Source: Macrostomum lignano (taxonomy: Eukaryota). From it: 64,000 nt of DNA. Made by a program: the position numbers and the translations under genes. The number at the start of each line of letters is the position of its first letter. Positions within the stretch are counted from its first letter, which is position 1. The notes under the pieces are model-generated. The model did no database searches. It was not told the origin of the DNA and was given only the letters and a program-made list of their open reading frames with translations. Location: assembly GCA_002269645.1 (NCBI GenBank), contig NIVC01001416.1:62001-126000 (forward strand). The letters are read 5' to 3'. Below are positions 12,046 to 24,223 of this stretch, piece by piece.

Positions 12046-14250
12046 TTGCTATGCAGCTGGACTCTGGATCCGACGCTAGCGTCATCCCGAGAAACTTTTG
12101 AATGGCTTTGGGAGAACCAAAGCTCAAGCACGGCCGTGGTGGAGCTCAGCCACAGAGTCTGCTGCATCGAAGTCACGGTGGTCGCCTGTGAAAAGAGCCA
12201 TGGATTACTAGGCACTGACGCCCTTGACTTCAAGCTGGATGGAGTCTCCATCAATCATGCTGAGGAGACTGCACCCCCACTAGCCAAGCTGCGAGGCTTT
12301 CAGGTCAGTATCCTACTGAAGAACAATGTGCAGTCCAGCTACTACGAGGCGCGCCCGGTGCCGATCCTGGTGATAGACAAGCTGCACAAGATCGTAAAAA
12401 GCGGCGTTCTAGAGCACGTCCCACCTGGAGGCAGCCAGTGGGCGTTGCCCATCGTCGTGGTGCGCAAGCTGAACAACGATCTGCGGCTCTGCTCGGAATA
12501 TAAAGTCGGCGTCAACCCGAAGATCTGTGCGGACTCCTACCCTCTGCCCAACATCTTGTCCGCCTTCTGCGCCCTGGCTACTATCGACCTGACCAACGCA
12601 TACAACCAGATCGAGCTAGATGAGAGCGCCAGAGAGGTTCTCACCATCAACACGCTGATTGGCCTGCTGCGGTGGACAAGGATGCCCTGTGGAGTCAAGA
12701 TGGCCAGCGCCCAGTTTCAAGCAGCCATGGATGCCACCATCGGCGATGCAGTGCCGAACATGGTGATCTACCAGGACGACATTTGCGTAGGCGCTCCATC
12801 GGAGGCCCAGCTGGATACAACGGTGGCGCAGCTGCTCAGCATCTTGGAGGCCGGCATGGAGATCAACCCAGGCAAGTGCGCCTTTAGGAGCACCGAGATC
12901 TCCTTCCTGGGCTACCGCGTCTCCGTAGACGGTGTCCGGCCTGACGCCAAGCTAGTCGAGAAGATTCAGAAGGTTACGCAGCCAACAACTAGGAAGGAGC
13001 TCGAGTCCTTTCTCGGGCTCACCAACTACTACGCACGCTACACCCAGGCCTAATCCGGGAGGATCGAGCCTTTGACGGCGCTGCGAAGTCGGAAGGTCAG
13101 TTTCGAGTGGGCCCGGAACAACAGAAAGTCTTTGACGACCTCAAGAAGGCCCTCGCAGCGTACCGAATCTTTGACCCCAAGAAGCTGACGATCCTGACGA
13201 CCGACGGGAGTAAACTAGCGGTCTCCGGCATTCTCACCCAGGACGGCCACCCGGTGCTGTACCTGTCCAGGCGCCTGACCCCCACCGAACGCAACTATTC
13301 GAACATCGAGCGGGAAGCTCTGGCCGTGGTCTGGGCAATCCAGCGTGCGAGGCACTTCCTGCTAGGAAAGAAGTTCCTGCTCCAGTGCGACCATCAGCCG
13401 CTGGAGTTCATCTTCGGCCCCAGCCGGGAGCTGCCTAAGGTGACTTCGGCCCGGATCATGCGGTGGGTGATCCAGATGGCCGCGTTCGACTACGACATCG
13501 CCTACGTCCGGGGCAACACCATTACGAAGATCAATTCATCCACTGGACAGAAACTAACGTGCTAAAGCTGGATGAGATCTCCCGGGCTACGGAAAATGAC
13601 CCGGTCCTGATGAAGATTAAGCACCGAACCCGGCACAATGTTTGGTCCAAGTGCTCGGCAGCAGAGAGACCGCTCAAGGCTGTGCGGCAGTGCCAGAGAT
13701 GCGCCGAGATCCGACGGCTGCCGGACCGCTCCCGACACACTTGGCCAGCAGAGGACGCTGCCTGGAAGAGGGTGCACATGGACCACGCGCACGTCCCCGG
13801 AGTCGGCCTAATCCTCGTGCTGGTCGATGCCTTCTCCGGCTGGCCGGAGGCAGTGCCCGTTGCCGACAAGAGCGCTAAGACGGTGGTTCGAGTGCTACGA
13901 GCGATATTCGCCAGGCAGGGCGTGCCCAACACGCTCGTGTCCGACAACACGCCGGAGTTCCACGACCAGGAGCTGCATAACTGGCTGGAGAGGATCGGCT
14001 GCGCCCAGCTGTTCACGCCGCCGTACCATCGGCAGTCCAACGGGTGCGCAGAGCGAATGGTGCAGACCGTCAAGCATGGACTTCGGGCGTTTGTTGCTCA
14101 CCAAGGACCCTTCGATGCATACCTCGCAAAGCTGCTGTTGAACTACCGCGCGACTCCACGAAGCGACGGTCGGGGCAGCCCGTCAGCGCTGATGGGCCGT
14201 CAGCTGAGAAGCCCCTTGATGCTAACGTTCGAGATAGACGCCCCGGTCAT
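12046..14250 (+). pseudogene. Gypsy pol remnant (RT, RNase H, integrase), frameshifted
   Basis: ORF pieces carry TRMPCG...FQ, YQDD, TDGS...YSNIEREALA, WKRVHMD, LVSDN and SNGCAER. Confidence 0.9.
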
Positions 14251-14597
14251 TTACCAAGCCCGTCATGGTACGCCGGCTGAGCATGCCCGGTTCGTCGTGC
14301 AGGCGGGGCACAACACGGCGATCATTACCAAGGGCAAGTTTGACCGGCCCTGCTGGCGCACCGGGACCAACTGCGCATGCTGCCTGCCGCGCCCTCGACC
14401 ACAGCAGCTGAGCCTGATAAGGCAGAGGCGGCGGAGGCTGATGGCGAGGCGGCGGAAACCGACCCAGAAGAACCGCAGGCCCTCGAACCGCCTCGACACG
14501 ACCGAGTTGGCGAGCTGGCGGATTCGCCGCCAAGGAGGAGCGAGCGCTGCACCAAGGGCCCCACCTGACCGCCTGGCTCCTTGTTGGTGAAAGGGGA

Positions 14598-14853
14598 TGT
14601 GGTGTCGGGGCGCTGAGCCCTGGCACACTGTTGTGACTGACGGACTCACTCGCTCTGCATATAGCGTAATTGCCACCCCCAGTTTTAAACTCGTGACTTC
14701 TCTGTCTCGCGCTCTCACTTCTACGTACGTTGTGACTCATTTGTATGCGTGTACGTACGCTCATACATGTACGCTCTGTTCCAGTTTTATACCCCTCGCC
14801 TTCGCACTTCGCAAATAAACAAGCTAAGCATTCGGCAATTTGACGACACGACA
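14598..14853 (+). repeat. 3' LTR (256 bp)
   Basis: Begins TGTGGTGTC right after the PPT, ends GACACGACA, contains AATAAA. Confidence 0.9.
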
Positions 14854-14899
14854 CTTTAACATCAAGATATCTCTGACTCATACATGTATTATCCTGACT

Positions 14900-15030
14900 C
14901 ATTAACTATAGTACTCTGACCCTTTAACTAGTACCTTGACCCATTAACTAGTACCCTGACCCATTAGCTAGTTCCCTGACCCTTTAACTATAGTACTCTG
15001 ACCCTTTAACTATAGTACTCTGACCCAATA
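14900..15030. repeat. ~22-bp minisatellite (ctgaccctttaactatagtact), ~6 copies
   Basis: Read directly. Confidence 0.85.
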
Positions 15031-15569
15031 GCTAACATGTTTACAACAGCTACCTGTAGTACCCAGGTTGAATTAGTCAGACACCTGCGCTTCATAGTTA
15101 TAGCTAAGCGCGTTTCTACCCCTCAGGTGGCTAAGACCTGACTTTGCATATAGTTCAGACAAAATTGCACGAGTTCCAGTAGAGCAGTATAGTACTACGG
15201 TCTGGTCTGTAGAATAATAAAATTGCTACTGGAAAATAGTATCAGTTTTATCTCAGCCTTCACCTCCTGTTAATAGTTAATCAATTTCGTCATGCTCGAT
15301 ACTACGAGATATGAGCATCGAGGCACGAAGCGGTTGCTATAAGGCCTTCGATTAATTGATGCCGCGGTCGACCGGCAAAAACTGCATGAGCACAAATTTG
15401 TAATAGTCACATCAGTGAGTCAGCGCCTCCCCTCCCCCGCTCGTGCCAGTTTCACACGGGAGTAATTACCCTGGTATGCATGACGTGCTTGCATTGTGCT
15501 TGCGTCTGACTGAGGCTTGAGAAGCTACGGGAGTAGTCAGCCTAACGAACTCAGTGGTGAAGATGGTGA

Positions 15570-15810
15570 AGATGTCTGCAGGAAGCCAAGAAGACTGCAA
15601 CTACTTTACTATGACAAAGTTGGAACTAATCTTTTGTGAGCATTCTTTTGTTGCCAACAAGAGTTTAACTTAATAGTTCGTGTACATTCTTCCAAAAGAA
15701 CTCAAGCGACTCAATTAATTGAAATACACTACTCAACACTCAAATGGATACATAAAAAGGCACATGCCCACACAGGGTGTACAGCATCGATTAATTTCCA
15801 TGCTTGAAGC

Positions 15811-15843
<33 letters not shown>

Positions 15844-15874
15844 GCCTGTCTGTGTGTCTGTCTGTCTGTCTGTG

Positions 15875-15909
<35 letters not shown>

Positions 15910-15910
15910 G

Positions 15911-15945
<35 letters not shown>

Positions 15946-15946
15946 G

Positions 15947-15989
<43 letters not shown>

Positions 15990-15990
15990 G

Positions 15991-16050
<60 letters not shown>

Positions 16051-16100
16051 GGTCTGTCTGTCTGTTTGTCTGTCTGTCTGTGTGTCTGTCTGTCTGTCTA

Positions 16101-16139
<39 letters not shown>

Positions 16140-16490
16140 GCCCGTCTCTTGCTGAGGCCTTTTGCCGTCCCGCAAAGCTACCCTGCCCTTCTATTGCAGC
16201 TGGATGTACTTTTGTAAAAAGTAAAATGCTCGAGCCATACGAGCTACATGTAATTAACTTACAGATCTGCGCTGAAAAGTTCTCTTGCTTTGAAAAAGAA
16301 GACGAACTGTCTAAAAAACTTGCGCCCTGAGCAACTGTGAGCAGCTTTTCCCCTACAATAATGAGCTGCAAAATTCTCACGAACTTCCCTGTGAGGCCCT
16401 AGCATCTGCAGCAGACGATGGACTCTATAATGGTCTTGAACTTCAGAGTTATATCCAAATAGCTAGCAAATCTTTCCCGATCACTTGACT
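15570..16490 (+). pseudogene. Possible decayed RING plus TRAF/SINA-type zinc-finger gene interrupted by a microsatellite
   Basis: Fragments in shifting frames: [44 protein letters not shown]...[13 protein letters not shown]...LQNSHELPC. Confidence 0.4.
15811..16141. repeat. (TCTG)n microsatellite with TGTG/TTTG variants
   Basis: Read directly, ~330 bp. Confidence 0.97.
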
Positions 16491-17041
16491 ATCGAATTAC
16501 AGCAAACTGTGCATCCGCAGTAATCGGCAAAGCTCATCACGTGAGCAGATTTGATCAATCAGATGAGATTAAGACCCAGCTAAGTCTCATCGCCTTTGAC
16601 ACAGAGAACCTGCAGACAAATATAAGATGGTCAATCCGCAGGTGAATCGGACGATTTTGCGAGCAGCTCTCCATTCAAAACTTAATCTGACTAGTTCGAA
16701 TATCGATTTTCGCACCTGCCTGCCTGCCTACAGGGACCCCAGCTCGCAGGGCTCAATGACATATCGTTGCCTCGCGCTGTGTAAACACGGGGCCAGTGCT
16801 AGGAAATAACTTAAGTTACCTGGAAAGTCCCGAAGAGCGAAGGTCATTCGGCCTAGATTTATGTATTCTTATATAGCTGTTGGCAAGGTTAGATACCTGT
16901 AAAACTGAGCAAAGTTACACTTCTAATAAAGAGATAGATTTTTTCCAGAACGTGTTGCGCTTTGCAATGCTCTATTGCCAAGTTTTAAACTTTGGATGCC
17001 TTTAGCATAAATAAAAATATAGATCTTCTTTACTTTCTCGG

Positions 17042-17198
17042 AGTTTTCTGCAGCACCAGTGGGTTTCTAAAGGATTAGTCTCTTAACAAAGCTTTCAGGA
17101 AATTAAAAAACTGACTCCTACATAGCTTGTTGACCAGTGTCACCTCAGGTGAGAGAACCGGAATTCTCTAAACAGACCGGTTGCGGCTGCAGAAAACT
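17042..17198. mobile_element. Small degenerate inverted-repeat element (possible MITE)
   Basis: agttttctgcagc ... gctgcagaaaact, with weaker pairing inward. No TSD. Confidence 0.35.
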
Positions 17199-18859
17199 AC
17201 CCGTGAAGGCCGGAAGCAAGTTCGAACTCTCCTCCACATTCTTCATCTTTTTGAACTCACCTGCCAAGATCTACGTTTTGATCTTTAGTGCCGGGTGATT
17301 TACATTCGAGCTGGGTAAGGTAGGGTAGGGCCTTGGATTCGCACACCTAACGTTATGGCCTTTATCTTAGCACTCTGCAGTCTTCGGTGAAGTCGAGGTT
17401 CCTCGGTGATCCGAGGTTTATTTGCAAACTATTCTAAGAAAGGTAAATATTTTTAGCTATTCAAATTTCTACTTACTGCATACTTGTAATCCTGCTAATC
17501 AAAACAACACATCTTTGTTTCTTTTCTATTTGCTTTTTTCTTTCGTTGTTTGACGCTACATGATCATCATTATAATCAACAACAAAAGACTCCTGCGGTC
17601 AGGGTGCGTCAGATGGCGCGCCAAGGCGCGAGCGAGCAGACGAAATCGCCGCCAGCGGTGCCTTTGTGTGCATAGTAAGCCTCAGGGGTCCCAGCTCGAG
17701 TGGTTCCCTGACAACACGTGGAATCAGGGGCAGCGGCCAAGGGGCCGAGGCCAGAAGTGCAACTCCGTGAGGCAGCAGCGGAAGAGATGGCGAGTGTCGT
17801 GACTCACGTCCCCGGGACCTCAAGCTCTGAAGCTCAACCTCTCCTCTCATCGTTGCTAGCGGCGCCCCAGCGTCCTGTAGATGCTGCGGGCAGTAGCACT
17901 CGGCGTGGATCACGTGGACGTGGCCTGCCAATTAAAGTCGTCGCCGACGCAGGATGTCAGAAGAGCGTTGTAGCTGAGCCTCCGTCCGCTCTGCACGCTT
18001 CACGCTGTTCAGCAGGACGGTCTCGACCACCGGCTGTCGCAGCTGAGCCCTCTGGCGATCGGGCAGCGCTTCGAACCGAAGGACAGCCCGGATATAAATT
18101 GGTAGGCCGCGTCCAGGAGTGAAAGAAGTGAACGCACGAAGGTCATGATGGCCTGCTGGAGACCTGTGGAGTGTCAGATTGAGCTGCTGCTTCTCAGTTT
18201 GGTTGATGGTGAATCTGAAATACTGAAGTAGTACGAAAGAATGATCTAGTTTCGTAGAAAGCCCTATTGGGCCTGATGTGTGTCTCGAATTGTTTTTATT
18301 TCTAGAGCTGCCACTGTTTTGTCTCAGCTCTCTGCAAGTCAGAAACACGCCATGCAGTGTTCCAAACCATGAGGTTTGCCTCGACCAAAATAACCGAAAC
18401 GAGTTCACAAAGAAGCGGACTCAAAAATGGACAAGAAACTCTGCTCTAGTTCTAGCTCAGAGCGGTAACGCATCGGGCTCTCGAGGTTAGATTCCTTGTG
18501 TGACTTTTTTTTCCTTGTGTAATTTTTAGTTCGCACATGGAAAAGTTTCCCCGTTCATTGTTGTTCATTGTAAAGACTAAATAGAGATGAGTATATTTAT
18601 TGCATTCAGTATTGCAAACAACAGACAGGCAGACAGTATGATACTATACTAACACTAACGATCTTTCTTAGAAATGATCAACGAAATGAACCAGGTTAAT
18701 TATTATGACAGGGGCCATGTATTATTTACACTCGGTGCATCAAAGGAAGCCACTATGGTTGCAGTGGCTATTCAGTGTTGTTGTTCTGATGTGACACAAA
18801 CGCTCGAACGCAATATCCGGAAAAGTCATTGACCCAATTCCCTGGCTCAAAGCTGCCAG

Positions 18860-19915
18860 CTACTGGTTATTGATTGCAGCCACCACGCCCAGGTCTTCCA
18901 CGGTGTCGCGGCGGCGACCTGCAGCCGCTCTGCCTTCGTCTTTGCCGCCGAGAAAGTCGCCGCCGGCATCGGCGGCTGCTGCGTCGTCTTGGTCGTCGTC
19001 GGCAGACGAAGATTTGCCGCAGCCGAGCAGCGTGAAGGCGGCCGATGCCAGCTGCTGGTGCTGGCTTGGCTGCTGCTGCCGCCGGCGCCGCTGCCGCAGC
19101 TGCTGGTTGGCGCTGCCCGCTCTCGGGCGGTAGCTGCCGCCGCTGCCGCCCCCGCCGACGCCGCTGCGACCGCCGGAGCTGTCGCGACTTTCAACGCTGC
19201 CACCGCGAGACGTCGCCAGCTCCGGCCGGTTGCGTCGACGCTCCCGATGGTGCGCGTCCGTCACCAGCGACATCGCCGAGGCCAGCGGCGGCGACAGCTG
19301 CGTTGGCGACGCCGGCGCCGGCGGCTTCATCTGCACCTCGTCGATGCCGTAGACGGCGAACAGTCGACGAAGTCCTCGACTGGACAGGCCGCAGAAGATG
19401 TTGGCGAAGGCGTTGCGACGTCCGCGGTCGTAGAAATGGTCGAACAGCACCTTCTCATCGGCTTTCACCTCCTCGCCGAGAAGCCTGACGAGCTTGGCAC
19501 TGCCGCCGACGCTCAGCTGCTGGACAACCGAAGCCTCGAATGAGCGGCTCATCTCCGCCGAAGAGTCCCGAGACGTCTGGCAGCGGCGGAAACCTTCGCG
19601 AGCTCGTCGGCCAAGCGCCGAGAGGCCCAGCTGCTGCTTCAGGCTGCCCTGCCTGCCCGCGTGCCCGACAGCCGCTGCCGCTGCGACTCCGCCGGCTCCG
19701 GGCGGCGTCTCGCCCCAGCGCGACTCCATCTCGTCGAAGAAGACAGACACCGGGGAGCTGCCGCTGCCGCAGGCGCTGCAGTTGGCGCCGCTGGTTGACG
19801 GAGAAGAAGACGGCAGCTGGTGCTGACTTTGTTGATGGTGATGATGGTGATTGTGATGCTGACCAGACTGTTGATGGTGATGGTCGCGGCTGTAGCGATA
19901 ATTTGAACGCAGCAT
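18860..19915 (-). CDS. Intronless 351-aa His/Gln/Ala/Gly-rich protein of unknown function
   Basis: ATG-initiated GC-rich ORF with an ordered-looking core (LVRLLGEEVKADEKVLFDHFYDRGRRNAFANIFCGLS). Confidence 0.7.
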   Translation of the reverse strand: MLRSNYRYSRDHHHQQSGQHHNHHHHHQQSQHQLPSSSPSTSGANCSACGSGSSPVSVFFDEMESRWGETPPGAGGVAAAAAVGHAGRQGSLKQQLGLSALGRRAREGFRRCQTSRDSSAEMSRSFEASVVQQLSVGGSAKLVRLLGEEVKADEKVLFDHFYDRGRRNAFANIFCGLSSRGLRRLFAVYGIDEVQMKPPAPASPTQLSPPLASAMSLVTDAHHRERRRNRPELATSRGGSVESRDSSGGRSGVGGGGSGGSYRPRAGSANQQLRQRRRRQQQPSQHQQLASAAFTLLGCGKSSSADDDQDDAAAADAGGDFLGGKDEGRAAAGRRRDTVEDLGVVAAINNQ

Positions 19916-20589
19916 GACGGATCGTGCTGTTTACTGTGCACTTTAAAACCTAGGCTTGGACCCTGGGTAACTCTCGATGAGGCAGGGCGCTAGGGAGTGA
20001 GAGTTAGCTGGAAGAGTCAGTCAGACTTTGCAGCTCCTGGGTGTAATCTAGATAGTTATTCCGCATCGCTTGCCTCATTTATAAACCCATGCCGCCACCT
20101 GCTCAGCCCGTGGTCGACGACTGGGAAGGCGCAGGGGGGGGGGGGGGGTTGCCGGGGAAGACCTGCCAGGCCAGTCAGGAGTGCCCGGAACGTCGGAACA
20201 AACTGGAATGGCCGGGGGGGGGGGGCGAAGGAAAGAAGAAGGCGGGGAAAAAGAGGTGAGCAGAAGAGGATGAGTAATAGGAGATGGGGGGCGGAACCTC
20301 ATTGGGAAATGGGGATGCAGGCGGCTGTAGGCGAACAACGCTTTCTCTCTTTCTCTCTCCCCCTCTCTCCAAAAAACTGCTTTAAAAACTTTTGAAAAAT
20401 TTATTTTTTCAAAGTGTGCCAGTTTTTCAAAGCCCCATACTTTAATTAGAAGGTGAGGTATGAGCATGGTTAATCTTTTGGTTAATTTTGCTTACTAAAT
20501 GCTGGTTCTGAATTGTGAAAATTACAGTTATGATTTTTATAATGCGAATTTATGGATAAACAAGAATCCGTAAAAAATATATCCGTGAT

Positions 20590-20810
20590 TGTAAAAAATG
20601 GAACAGAGATTGTAAACAATGGAACATAGATTGTAAACAATGGAACATAGATTGTAAACAAGGAAATGAAGATTGTAAACAATGGAACATAGATTGTAAA
20701 CAAGGAAATGAAGATTGTAAACAATGGAACAGAGATTGTAAACAAGGAAATGAAGATTGTAAACAATGGAATAAAGATAGTAAACAATGCAACAGAGATC
20801 GTAAACAATG
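20590..20810. repeat. 21-bp minisatellite (agattgtaaacaatggaacat / agattgtaaacaaggaaatga)
   Basis: Read directly, ~10 copies. Confidence 0.92.
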
Positions 20811-21794
20811 AAACTCGCTAAGCTCGCTAATGACCATTAGAAGGCTCCCTGTTCAAATGCATTTACAGAGATTTGCTTGGCACCCTCGCCTACAGCTGAC
20901 GCAAATCAGGCCATTCAATCAAGCCAACAGAAAAACTGTTTTGGGAGGCGACTTTGTCGAGCTTTAAAGAAGACTTAACTGAAGATTACTCATCCTCGTC
21001 TGCTCAAGTTGCTACCCGCATGACGGCAATGTCTCAGCTATAAGCTGGACTCGAACAGGGAATTAATTCTCCATTAAAGCAGATTGGCATGCAGATTCGC
21101 TCTCTGTCTGCCTCCCCCTGCATCTGGACTTCATCTGAGCGCATTGCATCGGATTCCCAATTCCTTTGCTGGGATTCAGACGTGTCTTTAGTAGCTGTGG
21201 GATCTGCACGGGATTCGATCAGTTGAGGAGAGCCTTCAGCAGCGTTTTGTTTTTGTCTTTTTTGCCTTTGCCTCGCTCTACACACGTGGCTGCACTTAAA
21301 TGTAGGACACAGGCGAAAACGCGGACACTCGGACACGAACGCGTACAGGGAGACGCTTCCCCAGTGCATGTGGTGACTGTCCATGTATAGGCAAATTCCA
21401 ATACCTTTTTACCTGTGCGGCTATAATAAGCCCTGGTGCAAAACAATGATGAAAACACGCGCGAATATCACGCGCGACCTCGAATGAGTCTCTCTTTGGA
21501 CTGAAGTTCCACGAAGCTATATAATTATAAATTATTTATGTGTAGACATTTCTGCCTGGTGCACGCAGCAATTATGAATTGCACCTTTCATTGGCGAACA
21601 AGTTCAAGCAGTTCTCTATAGTTAATAAATGCTCATTTTTCTTATTTCGGGTAACAAATTATTGACATTTTGCTAACACCGAGGCTTAACTCATCTCTTG
21701 AAAAAAATGAAACCTTCTTAGAGCAGATATTTTATCTATTTATAGTAGCCTAAGATACCGACAGACCATTTTTAGTATATGGATGTGTTATCTT

Positions 21795-22340
21795 CTTTTA
21801 CATCTCCACCTGTCTACTTTATCTACTCTAACGTCTCTACCCTGTCTACTTTATCTACTCTTCCATCTCTACCCTGTCTACTTTATCTACTCTTCCATTT
21901 CTACCCCGTCTACTTTATCTACTCTTCCATCTCTACCGTGTCAACTTTATCTACTCTTCCATCTCTACCGTGTCAACTTTATCTACTCTTCCATCTCTAC
22001 CCTGTCTACTTTATCTACTCTACCATCTCTACCCTATCTACTTTATCTACTCTTCCATCTCTACCCTGTCTACTTTAGCTACTCTTCCATATCTACCCTG
22101 TCTACTTTATCAACTTTTTCATCTGTACCCTGTCTACTTTATCTACTCTTCCATATCTACCCTATCTACTTTATCTACTCTTCCATCTCTACCCTGTCTA
22201 CTTAATCTACTATTCCATCTCTACCCTATCTACTTTATCTACTCTTCCACCTCTACCCTGTTTACTTTAGCTACTCTTCCATCTCTACTTTATCTACTTT
22301 ATCTACTCTTCCATATCTACCCTATCTACTTCATCTACTC
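21795..22340. repeat. 32-bp minisatellite (tctactttatctactcttccatctctaccctg), ~17 copies
   Basis: Read directly. Confidence 0.95.
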
Positions 22341-23023
22341 TACACGCTCCGTCGTCACAAAATTCACAAGAAAACACAACACAAAAACATTATTTTAGGA
22401 AGAGAATGCATGGCTCAGCTCATAACCACAGCAACTTGTAGTACAAAACCTAACGTAGAAAATCTGTTAACACGAAAATATTCCCCAGCATCAATCTTTT
22501 TTCTCAGAATTTCATGTTTGATACACCATCATCAAAAGCTGCTCGACCAAGGCGGAACTGTCACTGCCTGAAGCTACATTTTCAGCATTGCAACTTTCTA
22601 AATATGATCCTAGACTCCTTTACAGGAATTTAGAAAAAAATATTTGCTTTTCCTTGGTTTCTTCCGGCGAATTTCCTACTTAAAACAAATCTTTAATTGA
22701 GTGCACAGTCTAATGAAATTTTATTATTAACGTCAGACTTGAACAAACAACAATTATCAATTATTTTACATAAAAATGGTTTTGGTTATTAGTGATGAGA
22801 TTAAAAGGCTCAGGTATGTTTAGGTTCTTTCATAGAAACTTAGAACAATCATTTAAACAAATAAATCGAAAAAAATGAGTTTGATTTTCTTTAATCTCTT
22901 AAAGAATTTGTGAGTAAAAAGCACGTCAAACTACTTCTAGTGTACACTATCGGACTATATCAGTAGCAATAGACGCTTTTTAAGTTCAAATTTGCAAAAG
23001 CCAACCAGTCACGTGGCTAAGTA

Positions 23024-23159
23024 TTAAGCACCATCCTTTGTGCCGACAACTTCTACATATTCTGAGCTTGTGGGAACAGCTGGTGTCACCACAATGGCAT
23101 ATTCATGGACACTGGCTCTCGCTGAGCTGCTGCTGGTGTCACCTGATGACTGCTGAGAC
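23024..23159 (-). CDS. FN3 receptor gene A, exon 7 (cytoplasmic tail and stop)
   Basis: ACTGCAG| acceptor, phase 2. Encodes SQQSSGD...HEYAIV...SEYVEVVGTKDGA*. Confidence 0.75.
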
Positions 23160-23214
23160 CTGCAGTATGATGGAGTGATGGAATGATGGAGAGAGAGGGG
23201 GTCATGTGCTGATG

Positions 23215-23358
23215 CTGTGATGTGGGTGATTGGGTGATGGGGTGGGTGATTGGGTGGGTGATTTGGTGAGATGGGGTGGGTGATGAGGTGGTTGATGGGG
23301 TGGGTGATGGGGTGGTTGATGGGGTGGGTGATGGGGTGGTTGATGGGGTGGGTGATGC
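23215..23358. repeat. ~12-bp GT-rich minisatellite (tgatggggtggg) in gene A intron 6
   Basis: Read directly. Confidence 0.85.
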
Positions 23359-23482
23359 TGGTAACATACATGTGCGGAGGGTTCTAAACTTTATGATATT
23401 TTCCAAGAAACCTACTATATAAAGATTATACAGAACTGGACAATGGTCCTTTAGGTGTAAACACAAAACTGTCAAAACTTAC

Positions 23483-23602
23483 ACGAGGTTTGAATCATTT
23501 TTCAACGAGTTTCCTGACCGACGTTCCTTTTGAAGTCCTTGGTTGGACAATCCTTTCGAAATTTTCTCCATGGATGTCGACTGTTGATTCTGGTCGGTAC
23601 GT
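23483..23602 (-). CDS. FN3 receptor gene A, exon 6 (cytoplasmic)
   Basis: TTTTCCAG| acceptor and |GTAAGT donor; 120 bp, phase 2-2, open frame RTDQNQQSTSMEK...; absent from the ORF track. Confidence 0.75.
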
Positions 23603-23869
23603 CTGGAAAAGTTTTTGAAAAATGAAACTTTTCGCAATTAAACTGGTTAAATGAAAGCCACAGTTAGCTAAAATCTGGGATTGGTTTCCACAACAGGTTA
23701 AACATGGCCTTCCTCAATGGGATTCCTTGGTGCTTTATTTTTTATCGACTACAAAATAAAATTGATTCATCAAATTTTGCACACTCAAACTAACTACTAA
23801 CGACAGTGGTATCAGGGGGAAGGGCTTGCTTGCTGGCTTCCTCAGGGAATCCCAGTTATGAAAGGCCCC

Positions 23870-24200
23870 CAGTCAGAGAAATCCCTATCAGGGGAACCCA
23901 TGTCAGGGAAATCCACGTCAGGGGAACCCATATCAGGGGAATCCATGTCAGGGGAATCCCAGTAAGGGAAACCCTAGTTAAGGGAATCCCGGTCAGGGAA
24001 ATACCAGTCAGAAGTATCCCAATCAGGGAGGGGGAGTCAGTGAAATCCCAGTTAGGGGAATACCAGTCAGGGGAATCCCAGACAGGGGAATCCCAGACAG
24101 TGGAAATCCCAGCAGGGAAATTCCGGTCAGGGGAATCCCAGTAAGGGAAATCCCAGTAGGGCGAATCCCAGTCAGGGGATTTCCAGTCAGTGGAATCCAA
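23870..24200. repeat. Degenerate 15-bp minisatellite (gggaatcccagtcag) in gene A intron 5
   Basis: Read directly. Confidence 0.9.
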
Positions 24201-24223
24201 TCAAAAGTCACGACAAGCCGTAC

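Larger units (their letters stand above)
11107..14853 (+). mobile_element. Degenerate Ty3/Gypsy LTR retrotransposon (Mag-like)
   Basis: PBS TGGCGTCGCAAGCAGG at 11157; gag with Cx2Cx3Hx4C knuckle; protease LDSGS; RT YQDD; RNase H; integrase core after RNase H; PPT ggtgaaagggga at 14586-14597. Multiple frameshifts and stops. Confidence 0.93.

Noticed and set aside
15719-16380. VCLS and TDRQ repeat ORFs
   Set aside because: Produced by the (TCTG)n microsatellite.
20482-22398. Hydrophobic repeat ORFs (LFTI, STLSTLPSLP)
   Set aside because: Translations of the 21- and 32-bp minisatellites.
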